Part shown: in pieces, positions 61,056 through 64,000 of the stretch
How the letters are laid out: the number at the start of each line of letters is the position of its first letter
Position numbering within the stretch: position 1 is the stretch's first letter
From: Pseudomonadales bacterium
Lineage (GTDB): Bacteria; Pseudomonadota; Gammaproteobacteria; Pseudomonadales; UBA7239
Direction of reading: 5' to 3'
NCBI GenBank assembly: GCA_041395665.1
Contig: JAWLAB010000003.1
Coordinates: 98,961 to 162,960, forward strand
Length of the DNA stretch: 64,000 nucleotides
Notes under the pieces: model-generated
Databases searched by the model: none
What the model was told of the DNA's origin: nothing
The model's input: the letters and a program-made list of their open reading frames with translations, nothing else
Program-made: the position numbers and the translations under genes

Positions 61056-62542
61056 TTTCACGCCTCAAAAGCATACCGGTTAAACAACAGCTGATTCTGA
61101 TGATTTGTGCCATCAGTTTTTTGGGGCTGTTAATGGCTGGCTCTGCTTTTGTTATGTATGACCGCTATGCCTATCGCGATAATTTGGTTCATCAAGCGAC
61201 ATTGTTGGCGCGTGTGGTTGCTAGTCACAGCGCTAATGCAGTGGCGTATGGTGATGTCTATGATGCAAGAAAAAATCTACAAAGTTTTGGTATTGACCCT
61301 TCTTTATATTCAGCTTGCATAAAAAACGAATCCGGCCAAGTTATTGCGATGTATTTGCGTGGTTACTATCAGCCACCTGAGGACATGGATAGCGTTATTA
61401 CTGGTGTTGAATGTTTAGCTGATGGAAATTTTATTTCTCGTTTTCAGAATGGCTATTTGGATTTAATACAGCCAGTTCTTTGGGATGATTCTCAAAAAAT
61501 AGGGCAGTTACATTTGCGCGTATCGCTTGAGGCGCTGGATGATCGTTTCATCGCATTCAGTGTAGTGATGTTACTCATTGTTATGCTCGTTGGCATGATA
61601 TCAATCGTTCTATCAAGCAAAGTACAGTCATTTATTTCTGCACCACTTTTGATGCTTGCGCAGATTGCTAACACCATCAACCGCTTCAAAGATTATTCAT
61701 TGCGCGCGCGCACAGATCGTCATGATGAGTTGGGACAGTTGGTTCAAGCTTTTAATGGCATGTTGGATACCATTGAATTGCAGAACCGTGCTTTGCTGCA
61801 CGCCAATGAACACTTGGAGGAAAAAGTACAGCAGCGTACCAGTGAGTTGCGCGCAATCAATACAGAGTTAGAAGCCTTTACTTATTCTGTTTCGCATGAT
61901 TTGCGTTCACCGTTGCGATCAGTCGATGGTTTTAGTGCCGCATTGCTTGAAGATTGTGATGACCGCTTAGATACAACAGCTAAAAATTATATTGCGAGGA
62001 TTCGTGCCGCGAGTCAGCGTATGGGGACATTGATTGATAGTTTGCTGCATCTCTCGCGTGTTTCACGACAAGATATGCGCTATGCCACGGTCAATTTAAC
62101 GGAATTGGCCGATAAAATTGTTGATGATTTGCGTGCAAACAATCCAAATAGAGAAGTGAAATTTATCCGCCCCAATAATTTATTGGCGCGTGGGGATAAC
62201 GACCTTCTAACGGTTGTATTGGAAAATCTGCTCAATAATGCTTGGAAGTATACAGGGAAGGTGGAAAAGCCTTTGGTGGAGTTGGGTGTGCATGATCGAA
62301 GTGGTGACACGGTGTATTTTGTACGCGACAACGGTGCAGGCTTTGATATGGCTTATGTGGATAAGTTATTTGGTGCGTTTCAGCGGTTGCACAGTGATCA
62401 TGAATTTCATGGGTTAGGCGTTGGTTTGGCGACGGTTGCGCGTATTGTGCATCGTCACGATGGCGAAATTTGGGCAGAGGCGCAAGTGGATCAAGGCGCT
62501 ACTTTTTATTTCACCTTAGCGCCATCGGTTAATGATTTGTAA
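61052..62542 (+). CDS. orphan sensor histidine kinase (periplasmic sensor domain, HAMP, HisKA, HATPase)
   Basis: GTG start. Two TM helices around a periplasmic domain of about 140 aa. HAMP-like segment, H-box FTYSVSHDLRSPLRS, N box LLNNAWKYT, G boxes DNGAGF and GLGVGLA. Confidence 0.8.
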   Translation: MISRLKSIPVKQQLILMICAISFLGLLMAGSAFVMYDRYAYRDNLVHQATLLARVVASHSANAVAYGDVYDARKNLQSFGIDPSLYSACIKNESGQVIAMYLRGYYQPPEDMDSVITGVECLADGNFISRFQNGYLDLIQPVLWDDSQKIGQLHLRVSLEALDDRFIAFSVVMLLIVMLVGMISIVLSSKVQSFISAPLLMLAQIANTINRFKDYSLRARTDRHDELGQLVQAFNGMLDTIELQNRALLHANEHLEEKVQQRTSELRAINTELEAFTYSVSHDLRSPLRSVDGFSAALLEDCDDRLDTTAKNYIARIRAASQRMGTLIDSLLHLSRVSRQDMRYATVNLTELADKIVDDLRANNPNREVKFIRPNNLLARGDNDLLTVVLENLLNNAWKYTGKVEKPLVELGVHDRSGDTVYFVRDNGAGFDMAYVDKLFGAFQRLHSDHEFHGLGVGLATVARIVHRHDGEIWAEAQVDQGATFYFTLAPSVNDL

Positions 62543-62545
62543 TTT

Positions 62546-63070
62546 TTATGGCAATTTATCCCAAACGGCTTGCAGTTCTTCTTGCCAATTCTGGGTGTTT
62601 AAATCACCAACATGCTTATAGCGAATCACTCCGTTAGAATCGACAAAATAAGTTTCTGGCGCACCAAAAACACCGAGATCAATGCCTAATTTCCCATCGG
62701 CATCCACAATAACTTCACGGTACGGGTTGCCTTTTTCATTTAGCCAAACTTTCGCTGCAGCATTGCTGTCTTTATAATTAATGCCATAAATAGCGATATT
62801 GTCTTTGGCTAACTTCATCAAAAAAGGATGCTCAACACGACAAGTGACACACCAAGTTGCCCAAACATTAACGAGGCTTTTTTGTCCGTGCAGATTTTTT
62901 TCAGTCAGCGAAGTAGCTGTGTTGAGAGATGGCAGCGTAAAAGTAGGGAAGGGCTTATTGATCAGCGCGCTAGGCATCTCAGTTGGATCTAGCGTTAAAC
63001 CGCGCATTAAAAAAATACCCAGCACAATAAAGCCGAGCAATGGAATAAACAGCGCAAGTCGTTTGTTCAT
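62546..63070 (-). CDS. ccmG: thiol:disulfide interchange protein DsbE/CcmG
   Basis: TM anchor, VWATWCVTCRVEH (CxxC) and GVFGAPETY. Overlaps the ccmF stop by 4 nt. Confidence 0.88.
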   Translation of the reverse strand: MNKRLALFIPLLGFIVLGIFLMRGLTLDPTEMPSALINKPFPTFTLPSLNTATSLTEKNLHGQKSLVNVWATWCVTCRVEHPFLMKLAKDNIAIYGINYKDSNAAAKVWLNEKGNPYREVIVDADGKLGIDLGVFGAPETYFVDSNGVIRYKHVGDLNTQNWQEELQAVWDKLP

Positions 63071-64000
63071 GCGGAGGCTTTCTCTGTGGAATATTTGCTG
63101 ATGCTGCGGTGACTATAGCGTTTATCGAGTACGGCGATAATTGCGCCGAGTGCCATTAATAGAGCGCCAAGCCAAATCCATCGGACAGCAGGTTTTACAT
63201 GCAGACGCAGTGACCATGCGCTGGCGTTACCCAATTCAGGTTGTAGCGCTTCGCCCATAGAAACATAAATATCACGCGTGAAACCAGGCCATATAGCTGC
63301 TTCTGTCATCACTTGATTGGATGCCAGATAAGTGCGTTTTTCAGGGCGCATGATGTACAGCTCCGCATTGGGAGCGAGTACCCGAAACACAGCATGTTCT
63401 GCCGTGTAGTTGGGGCCTTGTGCTTGTTCCACTGATTCAAAATTGAATTGGTATCCGGCCATATTGGTAGATTGGCCTGGAGCCAAGCGGAGATCTTTTT
63501 GCTCGCTAGCCAGCGAAGTGAAAGCAATTCCCATGACGCTAACTGCAAGTCCGATATGTGCAATGCACATACCCCAATAACTGGCGCGTAACGATTGCAG
63601 GCCTTGCCATGGAGAACGAGCGTTGCGCAACTTGTGGCGAATATCCATCAGTGTGCTGATGATGACCCATAAACCAAGCCATGTAGCCAGGAGTGTTTGA
63701 ATTGAAAAAGGCAGTGATAGGGCGAGCACCAATAAGGGCGTGAAAGCCAGCGAAGCAATCAGCGGTTTTTTCGCCCATAAAATAAACAATTGCGTCAATG
63801 AAAATTTGTCATGCCACTGCAATTGCACGCCTACGGGTAGCAGCAGCAATACACAAAACATTAAAGGAACAAAAAAACTATCGAAGTAAGGTGGGCCGAC
63901 AGAAATCTTTCCCCATCCCATCGCGTCAGCAATCAACGGATATAGCGTACCTAAACAAACGGTTGCCAGAATGATGGCCATTAAACAGCTGTTGAGCAGT
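63067..64000 (-). CDS. ccmF: cytochrome c-type biogenesis heme lyase CcmF (3' part; the gene continues beyond the window end)
   Basis: GTLYPLIADAMGWGKISVGPPYFDSFFVP plus later TM segments match the C-terminal half of CcmF. The frame stays open upstream of the listed Met to position 64000. Confidence 0.88.
   Translation of the reverse strand, partial: LLNSCLMAIILATVCLGTLYPLIADAMGWGKISVGPPYFDSFFVPLMFCVLLLLPVGVQLQWHDKFSLTQLFILWAKKPLIASLAFTPLLVLALSLPFSIQTLLATWLGLWVIISTLMDIRHKLRNARSPWQGLQSLRASYWGMCIAHIGLAVSVMGIAFTSLASEQKDLRLAPGQSTNMAGYQFNFESVEQAQGPNYTAEHAVFRVLAPNAELYIMRPEKRTYLASNQVMTEAAIWPGFTRDIYVSMGEALQPELGNASAWSLRLHVKPAVRWIWLGALLMALGAIIAVLDKRYSHRSISKYSTEKASA

Overview
The window looks like a chromosomal segment of a gammaproteobacterium. 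Gene order resembles Pseudomonadales/Cellvibrionales: fadBA near topA, rnhA-dnaQ, and exbBD-lpxK-kdsB-ptp-murB. It is densely coding and mostly housekeeping: alaS, ftsK, lolA, rarA, crcB, serS, miaE, fadBA, a mnmA-hflD-tusDCBE thiolation operon, topA, gor, dnaX-ybaB, speE plus a decarboxylase, sat, ettA, htpG, gpsA and ccmFG. It also carries one tRNA-Arg(CCU) and the SRP (4.5S) RNA. I saw no rRNA, CRISPR array, transposase or integrase.

The strongest candidate system is a compact three-gene MNIO (DUF692) RiPP cluster at about 2.39-4.27 kb. It encodes a secreted Cys/Lys/Asp-rich precursor ending in EGKCGEGKCGEG, a DUF692 enzyme and a DUF2063 partner, which is the HvfABC/bufferin-like metallophore layout.

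Other notable points:
- An SGNH hydrolase gene is split exactly at a pentanucleotide (AGGTG/CACCT) tract. Gaining one unit would restore a 336-aa ORF, so it is a candidate phase-variable gene, and its stop overlaps the cobU start.
- An A/T-rich GT-C-like membrane protein gene is broken next to a perfect 11-bp hairpin and is overlapped by an orphan PP2C phosphatase gene.
- dnaX contains an A10 run with an immediate stop in the -1 frame.
- Two overlapping bfr genes carry complementary residues, one the ferroxidase ligands and the other the heme ligand.
- A CysG-like gene is truncated.
- An NdvC-like GH17-membrane fusion is present.

All functional calls come from reading the supplied translations and recalling family motifs. 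No searches were run.
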